From NCBI RefSeq assembly GCF_044236835.1, contig NZ_JBIIGC010000015.1:17174-81173 (forward strand): 64,000 nucleotides of DNA, in the 5' to 3' direction. The notes under the pieces are model-generated. The model was not told the DNA's origin. It saw nothing but the letters and a program-made list of their open reading frames with translations, and searched no databases. Shown piece after piece: positions 26,401 through 35,642 of this stretch (its first letter is position 1; every line of letters begins with the position of its first letter). The translations under genes and the position numbers were made by a program. The DNA is from Rhodoferax sp. (GTDB lineage: Bacteria > Pseudomonadota > Gammaproteobacteria > Burkholderiales > Burkholderiaceae_C).

Positions 26401-28779
26401 CTGGCCCAGGCGCAAGGTCACGGAGGCGCCAGCTTCCTTGGTGCCACTGATGAGCACCCCGGCTTGGGAGTTGCGCTCTGCTGCATTGATGGTGGTCTGG
26501 TCGGAGGCACTGTCAGTAGAGATCGAAGCGATCGCTGGGGCATCGGGCACCACGGTGTCGATGTTGAGGTTCAAGGAGGCAGAAGCGGTTCCGGTGTTGC
26601 CTGCTGCGTCGGTCTGGGTGACGGTGATGGTCTCGTGGCCTTGCTCCATGGCGTCGATGTCGCCTGCGCGCAGGACGTAGGTCCACGTGTTGTTAGCGGT
26701 GTCAATCTCTGTCAGGTGCTCGGTGCCTGGCGCGCTGTCAAAGACCAATCGAACCTCTGTGGCGCCTGGTTCACAGGTACCACGGATCACCACACCGGAG
26801 CTGGCGTCGCGCCGCTGCACATTGATGGTGACCGCGCCGGAGACGGCATCCGTGGAGAAGCTATCGGCGGTGACGCTGGTGAGGGCGGGTGCATCGGGCG
26901 CCAGCAGGTCGACGGTCAACTCCAAGGAGTCGGAATGTGCGCTGGTATTGCCAGCCGCATCACGCGCTGTAGCCACCAGACTGACCGTGCTTTGGTCCAG
27001 GGCTTCCAAGTCGACTGCCGTTAAGGTGTAGCTCCACACCCCATTGGTGACAGCGACCTCGCGCGCCAGAATGCCGATCTGCAGCAGAACTGTGGTGGCC
27101 GCGCCCTCGACTGCGCCCGTCAAGGGGATTGCTGCGGTCTCGATGTTGACCACATAAGGCTGGGCAGGCTCGCCGCTGGGTGCCGCGAAGTCAAAGCTGG
27201 GCGCACCCGGAGCGGTGCTGTCCACCATGGCTTGGAGCTCGGCCAGGGTGTCTGCACCGCTGCCATCGTCTGGGCTGGCCTCTAAGGTGTGCAGCAGATC
27301 GGCCAAGCGCGCTGGGTTGAGGGCGGTGATGCCCAAAGACTCCAGCTCTGCCTGGGTGAGGGTCTGCGCTTGCCCTGCTGCGTGCAGCATGACCTTGGTT
27401 GCAATGTCTGCCAGGGACTGCACCTCGCCCACGGAGTTGATGGCACTGCGGCCCTGGAGTTCGATGGCATCGCCCAGCAAGCTGGCTTGGGCCGGCTGCA
27501 CCCCGGTGATGCCAATGGCGGTGTACTCCTGAGCGCTGGGGCGTGCTGCACTGCCTGCGCTGCCATCGGCCAGCGCGTAGATAGCGATCCAGGCGCTGGC
27601 AGCGGCTTGTGCATCGGTGCTCGAAAGACCCAAAGACTGTGCAAACGCGCCGATGCGCCCACGCACGCTATCCACGTTGGCCAGGCCAGCAATCAGATCA
27701 AACGCCAGTGCCGAATGGCCGCTGCTGTCTGTCAGGCGCAAGGACAGGTCTTGCAGCATCTGCTCCGTATTGAAGCCGTGCCCGACTTCTATGCCCGAGA
27801 GGGCTGCCAGCACCAACCCCAAGTCGTTGACGGCGGGGTTGGCGCTGCCGTCGGAGCCTACGGCGGCAACGGCGGCACTGCTGACGATGTTGGTGCCGGA
27901 TAAGCCCAGCGCAGTCGCCACCAGGCTGTTGGCCTGGGCGATGGCGCTAGCCGAAACGCCGGCTAGGCTCACCGCAGAGCTGGCGTTGTCGCCACCGGCC
28001 AAGCCGAGCTGGCGCACTACCAGCTCGGTCAGCGGGTTGATGTGGACCGTGTAGCTGCCCGGCGCCGTGATGACGGTGGCAGCACGCAGATCAGCTGCCA
28101 AGTCCTTGGCGGTGCCGCTGGCCTCGTCGCGGTAGTCGGCGTCGCTGCTGGAGTCGACCAGGCGCAGCAAGAGCACGCCGGTGTAGTTTTCGGTGACGCT
28201 GAGCGCGTAACTGCCGTCCGGGTTGACGCTGGCCTGCTGCAGCAAGGTCCCATCGGCCCGGTAGACAAATACCGTGAGACTGTGGCCTTCAATCACAGGC
28301 CCCAAGACGGCAGTGCCGGACACGGTAAAGCCTGTCGGGGATGGCGAGGCGGTGTTGCTGTTGGCGTAGTAGTTGGCGACTCCACCGGCGGCCAGCACGG
28401 TCAGCGGCAGCCATAGGGGGCTGGAGTCTGACGCGCTGCGTTGGGCTGCAGTGCCTTCGCTGCCCTGCGTGCTGGGGAGTGCGCTGGAGTAGGTGCTGCC
28501 CAGGGTGGATGCAGCATCGCCTTCGCCGGCGGCGAACGCAGCGTCTGCGGTTTGCACGCTGGTGTTGCTGGGGGCTGTGTGGGTTGGGGTGGAGTCGGCG
28601 CTGTCGGAGCTGTCTGATGTGACCTCGGCGGCGTGGGTGGGGGCGGTGTCGTCTTCGTCTTGGGTCTTGCGGCGGCGCTTGGCTGCGCTCACTTTGGTGG
28701 GCGTGGGCTGGCTCTCGGGGGGGAGCGCCACGCCGTGGTTGACGGCGATGGTATGGAGCAGGTCTGCAGCGTTCTTCAT
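23434..28779 (-). CDS. Giant (1781 aa) Ig-like-repeat surface/adhesin-type protein
   Basis: There are about 11 modules of roughly 100 aa, each ending in a (V)TQTDxAGN(T/S) motif. The N-terminus is charged and Ser/Thr-rich, followed by one hydrophobic segment (aa 121-137). AAGGG lies 8 nt before ATG 28779. Confidence 0.85.
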   Translation of the reverse strand: MKNAADLLHTIAVNHGVALPPESQPTPTKVSAAKRRRKTQDEDDTAPTHAAEVTSDSSDSADSTPTHTAPSNTSVQTADAAFAAGEGDAASTLGSTYSSALPSTQGSEGTAAQRSASDSSPLWLPLTVLAAGGVANYYANSNTASPSPTGFTVSGTAVLGPVIEGHSLTVFVYRADGTLLQQASVNPDGSYALSVTENYTGVLLLRLVDSSSDADYRDEASGTAKDLAADLRAATVITAPGSYTVHINPLTELVVRQLGLAGGDNASSAVSLAGVSASAIAQANSLVATALGLSGTNIVSSAAVAAVGSDGSANPAVNDLGLVLAALSGIEVGHGFNTEQMLQDLSLRLTDSSGHSALAFDLIAGLANVDSVRGRIGAFAQSLGLSSTDAQAAASAWIAIYALADGSAGSAARPSAQEYTAIGITGVQPAQASLLGDAIELQGRSAINSVGEVQSLADIATKVMLHAAGQAQTLTQAELESLGITALNPARLADLLHTLEASPDDGSGADTLAELQAMVDSTAPGAPSFDFAAPSGEPAQPYVVNIETAAIPLTGAVEGAATTVLLQIGILAREVAVTNGVWSYTLTAVDLEALDQSTVSLVATARDAAGNTSAHSDSLELTVDLLAPDAPALTSVTADSFSTDAVSGAVTINVQRRDASSGVVIRGTCEPGATEVRLVFDSAPGTEHLTEIDTANNTWTYVLRAGDIDAMEQGHETITVTQTDAAGNTGTASASLNLNIDTVVPDAPAIASISTDSASDQTTINAAERNSQAGVLISGTKEAGASVTLRLGQRPDGSFARTIEIAASAAESWSYTLTEDDYSAMGEGLDAFSVTQTDAAGNTSVALAALDISVDTNAPLAPTVTAVSAGASINAAERDAGVTLSGTGEVGATVTVHFSHTELGNTISTEVGTATVGNDGNWSVRVAPDQIPQMASGSVSFTATQTDVAGNPSVDSDAVQVNVDTEIGSIALLRPPAFIGLGDVDLTAFNGTCDIGASVRLYLDGDTVGRAIDVTNGTFRFTFSELEVEHMQQGEETLKLVQTDDAGNSSELTFRVHVDTLAPDMPGFEAVGGGSQIINASMASAGVTLKGTCEPNAQVTVHIDGGDLNGQALVAQTTNGRWQLVLTLEQLASLTDGRYSFQVIQQDEAGNQSESAGRSITIDKTPPIAPTIGVLNGDTNFTSADLANGGTVTLTGSKEANASVTLHWGLRSDGTFARTITSPHTTSTTWSYTLNPEDYLAMGQGADQISVTQTDLGGNTGIATTLDVDVDLSTIAAPTIDTVAGNNIINATERDAPTGVTIKGTKESGATVLLIVRRADDSSKAIEVTLASSQSTEWSYVMTSSDYTVLGEGVMEVVARSFDATKGLSPDSTLQLTIDTVAPAGPPTIVGNITGDNIINAQEAANGVTLTGTCEPNAKVHLSITLSLHIMDVEATVVGTTWTCFLSSATIKLFFGTGDVEISFNQEDAAGNLGPTSSFMLSNDFIAPDAPTIGVLGGDTNITRADFANGGAVTLTGSKEPNASITLHLGLQGDGTFAKSITLIRPASTTWSYTLTPEDYLAMGQGADQISVTQTDFAGNTGIAATLDVNVDTVALQNLSINAVSTDNTITTTEVGALITGTRENEATVSLRLGTATALTVSSGAGTSWSYALTQADITSMGLGSEDLTVTQTDRAGNVSATTTLTINVVAAAALAQQSSAGVQLASPATADLTSLWAAFNGSSTSPGTPQDAPLGWFGTLAVQSDWSDQASATGHYTVSVGGVVAEAQDNALHYVALQVL
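24007..24312 (-). repeat. Duplicated Ig-module DNA, copy 1 (pairs with 24970-25275)
   Basis: It aligns by eye with copy 2 at high identity and shares an uninterrupted run of over 50 bp (GGTCTGGGTTACCGAAATTTGGTCCGCTCCTTGGCCCATTGCGAGGTAGTCTTCTGG). Confidence 0.85.
24970..25275 (-). repeat. Duplicated Ig-module DNA, copy 2
   Basis: Same as copy 1. The offset is 963 bp, an in-frame distance of three modules. Confidence 0.85.
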
Positions 28780-29053
28780 GGTGGTGCCCTTGGACTTCGT
28801 GTGGAGTGGGTCGTGCCGGACGCCACGGGCGCTCCGCGCGCAGGGGGCGGATGGCGAAGCTGGCGTTCGACGCCGTCGGACTCTAGGGACTTGAGAACGC
28901 CGGGCGGGCGCTACTGTTCGAGTACGGACACTACCCCGCGCGCTACAAGTGCTTATTGGGGTTGGTGTGCCTGCACCGGGCGACCTTGCAGAGCGATGGA
29001 GCGCAAGAGTGGCCGGGTCGCTGCAACGCGCAGCGAGGGGCTACCTGACCGAC

Positions 29054-30478
29054 CTAGTGCGCGGTCTGCGCCAATTGAACTGCCAAGCGGTTGTGCCGCT
29101 CCAGCAGGGGCGCGAGTTCAAGGGTTGTGAGTTGGCCTTGCTGCACCACCAAGCGCCCGTTGACGATGGTGTAAGCCGCTTGCGGGCTGGCGCACAGCAG
29201 CAAGGCGCCTACCGGGTCGTGCACTGCGCCGCCGGCAAAGCCCAAGGTGCGCAAGTCAAAGAGCGCAAGATCAGCGCACATACCCTGTGACAGAGCGCCG
29301 ATGTCGGCGCGGCCCAGCACCTTTGCGCCGCCGAGCGTGGCGATGCGCAGTGCGTCGCGCGCGGTCATTTCAGCGGGGCCCAAGTCGCAGCCAAAGAACG
29401 TGCGGCCATCGCGCATCTCGGGCGGTTGCATGGCGCGGCCTACACGTGCCAGCAGCAAAGCCGTGCGGGCCTCGTTGACCATGTGGGCCGCGTCGTTGCT
29501 GGCGCTGCCATCCACGCCCAACCCAACGGGAACGCCAGCATCGAGCATGCGCCGAATTGGGGCAATACCGCTGGCCAGGCGCATGTTGCTGCAGGGGCAA
29601 TGGGCCACGCCGGTGCGGCTAGCAGCAAACAGGCTGATGCCGTCTGCGTCGAGCTTGACGCAGTGCGCGTGCCACACGTCGCTACCCAACCAGCCCAGGT
29701 CTTGGGCGTATTGCGCAGGGGTGCAGTTGAACTTCGCCTGCGAGTAGGCCAGGTCGTGGTCGTTTTCCGCCAGGTGGGTGTGCAAGCGCACGCCGTAAGC
29801 GCGCGCCAAGGCGGCGGACTCGCGCATCAGGTCGCGGCTGACGCTAAAGGGCGAGCAGGGCGCAACCGCAATTTGGGTCATCGCGCCCCAGCTTGCATCG
29901 TGGTGGGTTTCGATCAAGCGCTGGGTGTCTTGGAGGATGAAGTCCTCGCGTTCCACCACTTGGTCGGGCGGCAGACCGCCCTGGCTTTGCCCAACGCTCA
30001 TGCTGCCGCGCGTGGCCACGAAGCGCATGCCGATGTCTTGGGCTGCCGCGATGCTGTCTTCCAGGCGCACGCCGTTGGGGTAGATGTAAAGGTGGTCGCT
30101 GCTGGTGGTGCAGCCCGAGAGCAGCAGCTCGGCCATGGCCACCTGGGTGGACACGGCCACCATCTCGGGCGTAAGCCCGGCCCAGATCGGGTAGAGGCCG
30201 CGCAGCCAGCCAAAGAGCTCGGCGTTTTGCACCTCTGGAATCGCCCGCGTCAGGCTTTGGTACATGTGGTGGTGGGTGTTGACCAAGCCGGGTGTGACCA
30301 GGTGGTCGCGGGCGTCGATGACAGTGTCCGCCTGCAAGGCCTGTGGCGGTAGGTCGGCGGTGGCGCCTAGCCATTCGATGCGGTTGTCGCACACGAACAC
30401 CGAGGCGTTGCGCAGCTCGCGCTGGGTCGCGTCTTGGGTAGCTACGGTGTGGGCGTTGTGGATAAGAAGGGTCGGCAT
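29054..30478 (-). CDS. Amidohydrolase-superfamily deaminase (8-oxoguanine deaminase / AtzB-like)
   Basis: ATG at 30478. LVNTHHHMYQ (HxH) is present, along with HLAEN and GVDGSASND motifs. Confidence 0.8.
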   Translation of the reverse strand: MPTLLIHNAHTVATQDATQRELRNASVFVCDNRIEWLGATADLPPQALQADTVIDARDHLVTPGLVNTHHHMYQSLTRAIPEVQNAELFGWLRGLYPIWAGLTPEMVAVSTQVAMAELLLSGCTTSSDHLYIYPNGVRLEDSIAAAQDIGMRFVATRGSMSVGQSQGGLPPDQVVEREDFILQDTQRLIETHHDASWGAMTQIAVAPCSPFSVSRDLMRESAALARAYGVRLHTHLAENDHDLAYSQAKFNCTPAQYAQDLGWLGSDVWHAHCVKLDADGISLFAASRTGVAHCPCSNMRLASGIAPIRRMLDAGVPVGLGVDGSASNDAAHMVNEARTALLLARVGRAMQPPEMRDGRTFFGCDLGPAEMTARDALRIATLGGAKVLGRADIGALSQGMCADLALFDLRTLGFAGGAVHDPVGALLLCASPQAAYTIVNGRLVVQQGQLTTLELAPLLERHNRLAVQLAQTAH

Positions 30479-30625
30479 GGCTTTTGGCTGGGATAAAGAC
30501 AAAAAGACCGAGGCCGAATCCCGATGGAGGCCGCCCGCGCTGCTTCCACAGGCGAGCGCCTCGTTGCCGTGCATACCGGGCTGTGCGGCACAATCATAGC
30601 GTCCGCCGACCGCTCCAATCACACC

Positions 30626-31960
30626 ATGAACCAGACCGACAGCGCGCCCGATCCCCACACCCAGCCGCGCGATTTTTTGCGGTACTTGTTTGATGTTGCA
30701 GTGCGCCGCGCGCTGCCCTTGCACAACACCGCTGCTTTTTTGCCCATGCGGCCTGCGGCTGGTGGGCGCACCCTGGTGCTGGGCGCCGGCAAGGCGGCCG
30801 GTGCCATGGCCCACGCGGTCGAGGCCTTGTGGCCCGCCGATGCGGCCTTGGATGGCTTGGTGGTCACCCGCTACGGCCACACGCCGGAGCGCCCCAACGG
30901 CGTAGCGCCCCGCATCAGGGTGGTGGAGGCGGCGCATCCGGTGCCTGACGCCGCCGGGCTGCAGGCGGCCGAGCGCATGCTTGCGCTTACCGAGGGCCTG
31001 AGCGACCAGGACTTGGTGCTGTGCCTCATTTCGGGCGGTGGCTCATCCTTGCTGACGCTGCCCGCGCTCGGACTGGAATTGCAGGACAAGCAGCGCATCA
31101 ACCAAGCCCTGCTGGCAAGCGGTGCCCACATCGGCGAGATGAACTGCGTGCGCAAACACCTCTCGCGCATCAAAGGTGGGCGCTTGGCCGCAGCGTGTGC
31201 GCCGGCACGGGCGGTGACCTTGCTGATCAGCGACGTGCCCGGCGACGATCCCTCGGTGATCGCCAGCGGCCCCACGGTGCCCGATCCCACCACCTGCGCC
31301 CAGGCGCAAGACATCTTGCGGCGCTATGGCATTGCGGTACCGCCTGCCATCGCAGCGCAACTGGCCAGCGGCGCGCTGGAAACGCCCAAGCCAGGCGACG
31401 CGGTGTTCGAGCGCAACGAGGTGCACCTGATTGCTACCCCGCAGCAGGCGCTGCAAGCTGCAGCAGATGCGGCCCGCGCAACCGGCTTGGCGGCCTATGT
31501 GCTCAGCGACGCCATCGAAGGCGAGTCGCGCGAGGTAGCCAAAGTGCACGCGGCCCTGGCCCGCGCGGTGGCCCAAACAGGTCAGCCATTCGCCACGCCT
31601 TGTGTGATATTGAGCGGGGGCGAAACCACGGTGACGGTTCGCCCCTTGCCCGCCGGCGCTGCCAAGGGGCGTGGCGGGCGCGCCGGGGAGTTCTGCATGG
31701 GTTTGGCGCTGGCTTTGCAAGGGCAAAATGGCGTCTGGGCGTTGGCGGCGGACACCGACGGCATTGACGGGGTCCAAGACAACGCAGGTGCGTACGTGGC
31801 GCCCGACACGCTGGCCCGCGCGCAGGCGCTGGGCGCCAAACTGGTCGACCATCTGGATCGCAACGATGCCTACGGCTACTTCGAGGCCCTTGGCGATTTG
31901 CTGGTGACTGGCCCCACGCACACCAACGTCAACGACTTCCGCGCCATCTTGGTGCTGTAA
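30626..31960 (+). CDS. MOFRL-family glycerate 2-kinase / hydroxypyruvate reductase (TtuD-like)
   Basis: ATG at 30626. LVLGAGKAAGAMA...LISGGGSSLL...GGETTV and a C-terminal MOFRL-like region are present. Confidence 0.8.
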   Translation: MNQTDSAPDPHTQPRDFLRYLFDVAVRRALPLHNTAAFLPMRPAAGGRTLVLGAGKAAGAMAHAVEALWPADAALDGLVVTRYGHTPERPNGVAPRIRVVEAAHPVPDAAGLQAAERMLALTEGLSDQDLVLCLISGGGSSLLTLPALGLELQDKQRINQALLASGAHIGEMNCVRKHLSRIKGGRLAAACAPARAVTLLISDVPGDDPSVIASGPTVPDPTTCAQAQDILRRYGIAVPPAIAAQLASGALETPKPGDAVFERNEVHLIATPQQALQAAADAARATGLAAYVLSDAIEGESREVAKVHAALARAVAQTGQPFATPCVILSGGETTVTVRPLPAGAAKGRGGRAGEFCMGLALALQGQNGVWALAADTDGIDGVQDNAGAYVAPDTLARAQALGAKLVDHLDRNDAYGYFEALGDLLVTGPTHTNVNDFRAILVL

Positions 31961-32003
31961 CCCCGCTCGCTGGTGCCGAATCCGCAAGCGCCGGCGGCCG
32001 ATG

Positions 32004-32019
32004 TTTGATCTGTCTCAAA
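32004..32019 (+). promoter_or_regulatory. FNR/CRP-type palindromic box TTTGA-N6-TCAAA
   Basis: TTTGATCTGTCTCAAA is centred about 42 bp upstream of the ATG of the adjacent Crp/Fnr-family gene. Confidence 0.35.
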
Positions 32020-32053
32020 GCCCAAGCTGGGTCAAGGCGGCACAGTGCGGGCT

Positions 32054-32710
32054 ATGCTTGCCAGCGGCACCCCCAATTTTCTGTCTGCCTACCCGGTGCA
32101 CACCGTTGCCGAAGGTGCGGTGCTGCTGCGTCGTGGCGCACGGCCCACGCAAGCCGTCTTTCTGGAGTCCGGCCGGGTGGTCCTGGGTTTGGCGGTAGCC
32201 ACCGCCCCGGGTGACGCTGGACCAAGCTCTGTCCTGGAGCACCAATTGGGCGTGGTGCAAGGCCCGTGCTGGCTGGAGGTCAATGCGGCCGTTTTGGGCT
32301 TACCCAGTGCGGTCGATGGCCTGGCCGAGTCGCAAGTGCAGCTGCGCTGGGTACCTATCGATGAGTTTCAGGCCCAGTTAACCCAGTCTGCGCAGTGGAC
32401 GCGTTCGGTCCTGACCGACATGGCGCGCGCCTACCGCCGCCAGGCCGAGCTGGCGGTGAGCCGGCTGGCCAAGGACGCTGAGGCCAGGTTCGCCGAGTGG
32501 CTGCTCAGCCAAGCGCAGTCCAGCCACATGGGTGTGATGGCAGTGCGCTTGCAGCAGCGAAAGCGCCTGATCGCCGCCCAGTTGGGAATCGCTCCGGAAA
32601 CCCTGTCGCGGGTGTTGCGGCACCTGCGCGAGCGCAGCCTCATCAGCGGCTCAGGAAGGGTGCTCAATTTGGTGGACCCCAAGGGCCTGCGCTCGCTGGC
32701 CGGGGTGTAG
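32054..32710 (+). CDS. Crp/Fnr-family transcriptional regulator
   Basis: A cNMP-binding-like N-terminal barrel is followed by the C-terminal HTH RKRLIAAQLGIAPETLSRVLRHL. The start is ATG 32054, or alternatively GTG 32045. Confidence 0.75.
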   Translation: MLASGTPNFLSAYPVHTVAEGAVLLRRGARPTQAVFLESGRVVLGLAVATAPGDAGPSSVLEHQLGVVQGPCWLEVNAAVLGLPSAVDGLAESQVQLRWVPIDEFQAQLTQSAQWTRSVLTDMARAYRRQAELAVSRLAKDAEARFAEWLLSQAQSSHMGVMAVRLQQRKRLIAAQLGIAPETLSRVLRHLRERSLISGSGRVLNLVDPKGLRSLAGV

Positions 32711-32831
32711 GCACCAAACGGTCCAGGCACTCTAGGGGAGCCAGGGCTCGGCCTGAGATGGAGCTGGGCGGGGCACTGCGTTGGTCCGGGTTGGGGTACT
32801 GGTTCGCCGGTGGCCGGGCTGCGCCTGCGCT

Positions 32832-34286
32832 TCAAGGCTGCGTGAGAAGCGCCAGCACCTCGTCGAGCGCGCGCAAGAGCGACTCCACCTGCGCCTCGGT
32901 GGTGGCGGGGCAGGCCAGCAACATGTTGTGGAACGGCGTGATCATGACGCCGCGGTTGAGCAGGGCCAGGTGGATGAGTTGTTCGAGCTCGGCGTCCATC
33001 AGGCTGGCGGCCTCGCTGCCGTTGCGTGGTGCGATCGGCCCGAACTGGAACTCGCAGCGCGCGCCGACCTGGGTCACGCACCACGGCAGCGCATGGCGCG
33101 CAATGCAGTCGCGCAGGCCCTTCGCCATGCGGTCGGCTATTCGCAGCATGTGCGCGTAAGCGGCCTCGGTGGCCACCGCGCCCAGCGTGGCGCGCATGGC
33201 GGCCATGGCCAGCATATTGGCAGTCAAGGTGGTGCCAATGCCAGAGTGGCCCGGCGGCGCGTCGCGCTTGGCTTGCATGGCGCGCTGGGCCAGCTCCGCG
33301 CTGAAGCCGTAGACGGCACAAGGCACGCCGCCACCCATGGGTTTGCCCAGCACCAGCGCATCGGGCTGCAGGCCGTGGGCCTGGGCGTAGCCACCACAGC
33401 CGCTGCTCAGGGTGTGCGTCTCGTCCAAGATCAGCAAGGCCCCGTGTTGGCGTATCAGGGCTTGCGCCTGCTGCCAAAACCCATCCTCTGGCAGCACCAT
33501 GCCAATGTTGGTCATCACCGGTTCGGCCAGCACACAGGCGATATCGCCCTCCTGCAGCGCGGCTTGCAGTGCGGGCAGGTCATTGAACTCCACCACCACG
33601 GTGTGCGCTGTCAGGTCCACCACCTGGCCGAGCAGGCTGTCGCGCATCTGCGGCTTGCCGCGCACCAGATCGACAAACACATCGTCCACGGTGCCGTGGT
33701 AGCAGCCGTTGAAGACCAGCAGTTTTTTGCGCCCGGTGGCAGCGCGCACCCAGCGCAGCAGAAAGCGGTTGGCATCGCTGGCGGTCATGGCGCTTTGCCA
33801 CACCGGCAAGCCAAAGCGGCGCGCCAGCTCCTCGCCCACCCAGGCTGCGTCTTCGGTGGCCAGCATGGTGGTGCAGCCGCGTTGCATCTGGGTGGCTACC
33901 GCCTGTGCCACGGCAGGTGCTGCGTGGCCGAACATGGCGCCGGTGTCGCCCAGGCAAAAGTCCACACGGATGTTGCCGTCCACGTCGGTGACGGTGGCGC
34001 CGCTGGCGTGCGCCACATGCAGCGCAAACGGTGTGGACCAGTCGTTCATCCAATGCAGCGGCACGCCAAAAAGCCAATGGGCGGCGGCGCGCTCGGCCAG
34101 TGCCTGGGAGCGCGGGTTGGCGGCGACATAGCGTGCGCGCTCGGACGCGGCCATCGCTTGCAGACGGCTGGCCGAAAGGCGCGCTGGTGTGGGGTTGCTG
34201 GGAGCGTCTGCTGCGGGTAAGCCTGGGTGCGGCGGCGCGCTGCCACTCGCTGGGCTGGTGTTGGGGGTGGGCGTGGCGCTTGGCAT
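32832..34286 (-). CDS. Class-III (GSA-aminomutase-like) aminotransferase
   Basis: FNGCYHGT, LILDETHT and LGKPMGGG (PLP lysine) are class-III motifs. The N-terminus is Pro/Ser-rich. It lies 18 nt downstream of the GS-like gene. Confidence 0.8.
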   Translation of the reverse strand: MPSATPTPNTSPASGSAPPHPGLPAADAPSNPTPARLSASRLQAMAASERARYVAANPRSQALAERAAAHWLFGVPLHWMNDWSTPFALHVAHASGATVTDVDGNIRVDFCLGDTGAMFGHAAPAVAQAVATQMQRGCTTMLATEDAAWVGEELARRFGLPVWQSAMTASDANRFLLRWVRAATGRKKLLVFNGCYHGTVDDVFVDLVRGKPQMRDSLLGQVVDLTAHTVVVEFNDLPALQAALQEGDIACVLAEPVMTNIGMVLPEDGFWQQAQALIRQHGALLILDETHTLSSGCGGYAQAHGLQPDALVLGKPMGGGVPCAVYGFSAELAQRAMQAKRDAPPGHSGIGTTLTANMLAMAAMRATLGAVATEAAYAHMLRIADRMAKGLRDCIARHALPWCVTQVGARCEFQFGPIAPRNGSEAASLMDAELEQLIHLALLNRGVMITPFHNMLLACPATTEAQVESLLRALDEVLALLTQP

Positions 34287-34304
34287 GGTGCTTTTCAGAT
34301 TCGT

Positions 34305-35642
34305 TTACACCAGCAGCAGCAAGTGTTCGCGCTCCCAGGAGCTGATGACGCGGTTGTAGGTAGCGTACTCAAGCTCTTTGACAGCGCAGAAGGCTTTGAC
34401 GAACTCGGGGAACAGAACCTTCTCCAGTGCCTCGCAAGCACGCATGCGCGAGAGCGCGTCTTCGAGGTGGTTGGGCAATTCAAAGTCAAGGTCCCAGGCG
34501 CTGCTGGTCATCGGACTGGACGGCGCGATCTGCTCGGTCATGCCCAGGTAGCCGCAGGCCAGGGTGGCGGCCATGGCCAGGTAAGGGTTGACGTCCACAC
34601 CGGGCACTCGGTTTTCTACGCGTCGCGCGTCGGGGCCAGACTTGGGGATGCGGATGCCGCAGGTGCGGTTGTCGTGGCCCCATTGCACATTGATGGGCGC
34701 AGACATGAAGCGCGAGAGCCGCCGGTAGGAATTGACGTAGGGCGCCAGCATGGGCATGACCTGGGGCACGTACTTTTGCAGCCCACCGATGTAGTGGGTA
34801 AACAGCGGGCTGGCACTGCCGTCGGGCAGCGAAAACACGTTGTGGCCGGTGTCTTGGTCCAGCACGCTTTGGTGGATGTGCATAGCGCTGCCAGGTTCGC
34901 GCTCCATGGGTTTGGCCATGAAGGTGGCAAAAATGCCGTGGCGCAAGGCGGTTTCGCGCACCGTGCGCTTAAACAAAAACACCCGGTCGGCCAGGTCCAT
35001 CGGGTCGCCATGCGAAAAGTTGATTTCCATTTGCCCAGCGCCCGCTTCGTGGATCAGCGTCTCCACGCCCAGGCGGTGCACTTCGCAAAACTGCGACAGC
35101 TCCATGAAGAAGGGGTCAAAGTCGTTGACCGCGTCAATCGAGTACGACTGCCGGCCCGCCTCGGGCTTGCCCGAGCGCCCCAGCGGCGGCTGCAGCGGTT
35201 CGTGCGGGTTTTGCTGGCGCGCGACCAGGTAGAACTCCATCTCGGGCGCCACCACTGGCTGCCATCCTTTGGCCTCGAACAGGCCGACCACGTGGCGCAG
35301 CACGCTGCGCGGCGACAAGGTCACAGGCGAGCCGTCGAACTCCTGGCAATCGTGGATCACCACCGCGACCGGCTCGGCCGCCCAGGGAACCACACGGGCG
35401 GTGCGGATGTCGGGGATGCAGACCATGTCGGGGTCGGTCTCGCCGACAAACGGGCCGTTGTCGGGCTGCTGGCCATTGACGGTGTTGAGCAGCACGCTTT
35501 TGGGAAGCCGCATTTCGCCCGCTGCCAGGAACAGGTCTTTGGGAAGAATCTTGCCCCGGGCGATGCCGGTCATGTCGGGAATGACGCATTCCACTTCGTG
35601 GATGCGGTGCTGGGCGATGAATTGGGTGATGGTGTCGTTCAT
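34305..35642 (-). CDS. Glutamine-synthetase-family ligase (gamma-glutamyl-amine synthetase / PuuA-like)
   Basis: ATG at 35642. CVIPDMTGIARGK, FMAKP......GSAMHIHQS and NRTCGIRIP are GS-fold signatures. Confidence 0.85.
   Translation of the reverse strand: MNDTITQFIAQHRIHEVECVIPDMTGIARGKILPKDLFLAAGEMRLPKSVLLNTVNGQQPDNGPFVGETDPDMVCIPDIRTARVVPWAAEPVAVVIHDCQEFDGSPVTLSPRSVLRHVVGLFEAKGWQPVVAPEMEFYLVARQQNPHEPLQPPLGRSGKPEAGRQSYSIDAVNDFDPFFMELSQFCEVHRLGVETLIHEAGAGQMEINFSHGDPMDLADRVFLFKRTVRETALRHGIFATFMAKPMEREPGSAMHIHQSVLDQDTGHNVFSLPDGSASPLFTHYIGGLQKYVPQVMPMLAPYVNSYRRLSRFMSAPINVQWGHDNRTCGIRIPKSGPDARRVENRVPGVDVNPYLAMAATLACGYLGMTEQIAPSSPMTSSAWDLDFELPNHLEDALSRMRACEALEKVLFPEFVKAFCAVKELEYATYNRVISSWEREHLLLLV

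Noticed and set aside
23434-28779. RTX/T1SS-substrate or autotransporter classification of the giant protein
   Set aside because: There are no GGxGxD nonapeptide repeats, no C-terminal beta-barrel-like aromatic terminus and no transporter genes nearby. It is left unclassified rather than forced into a family.
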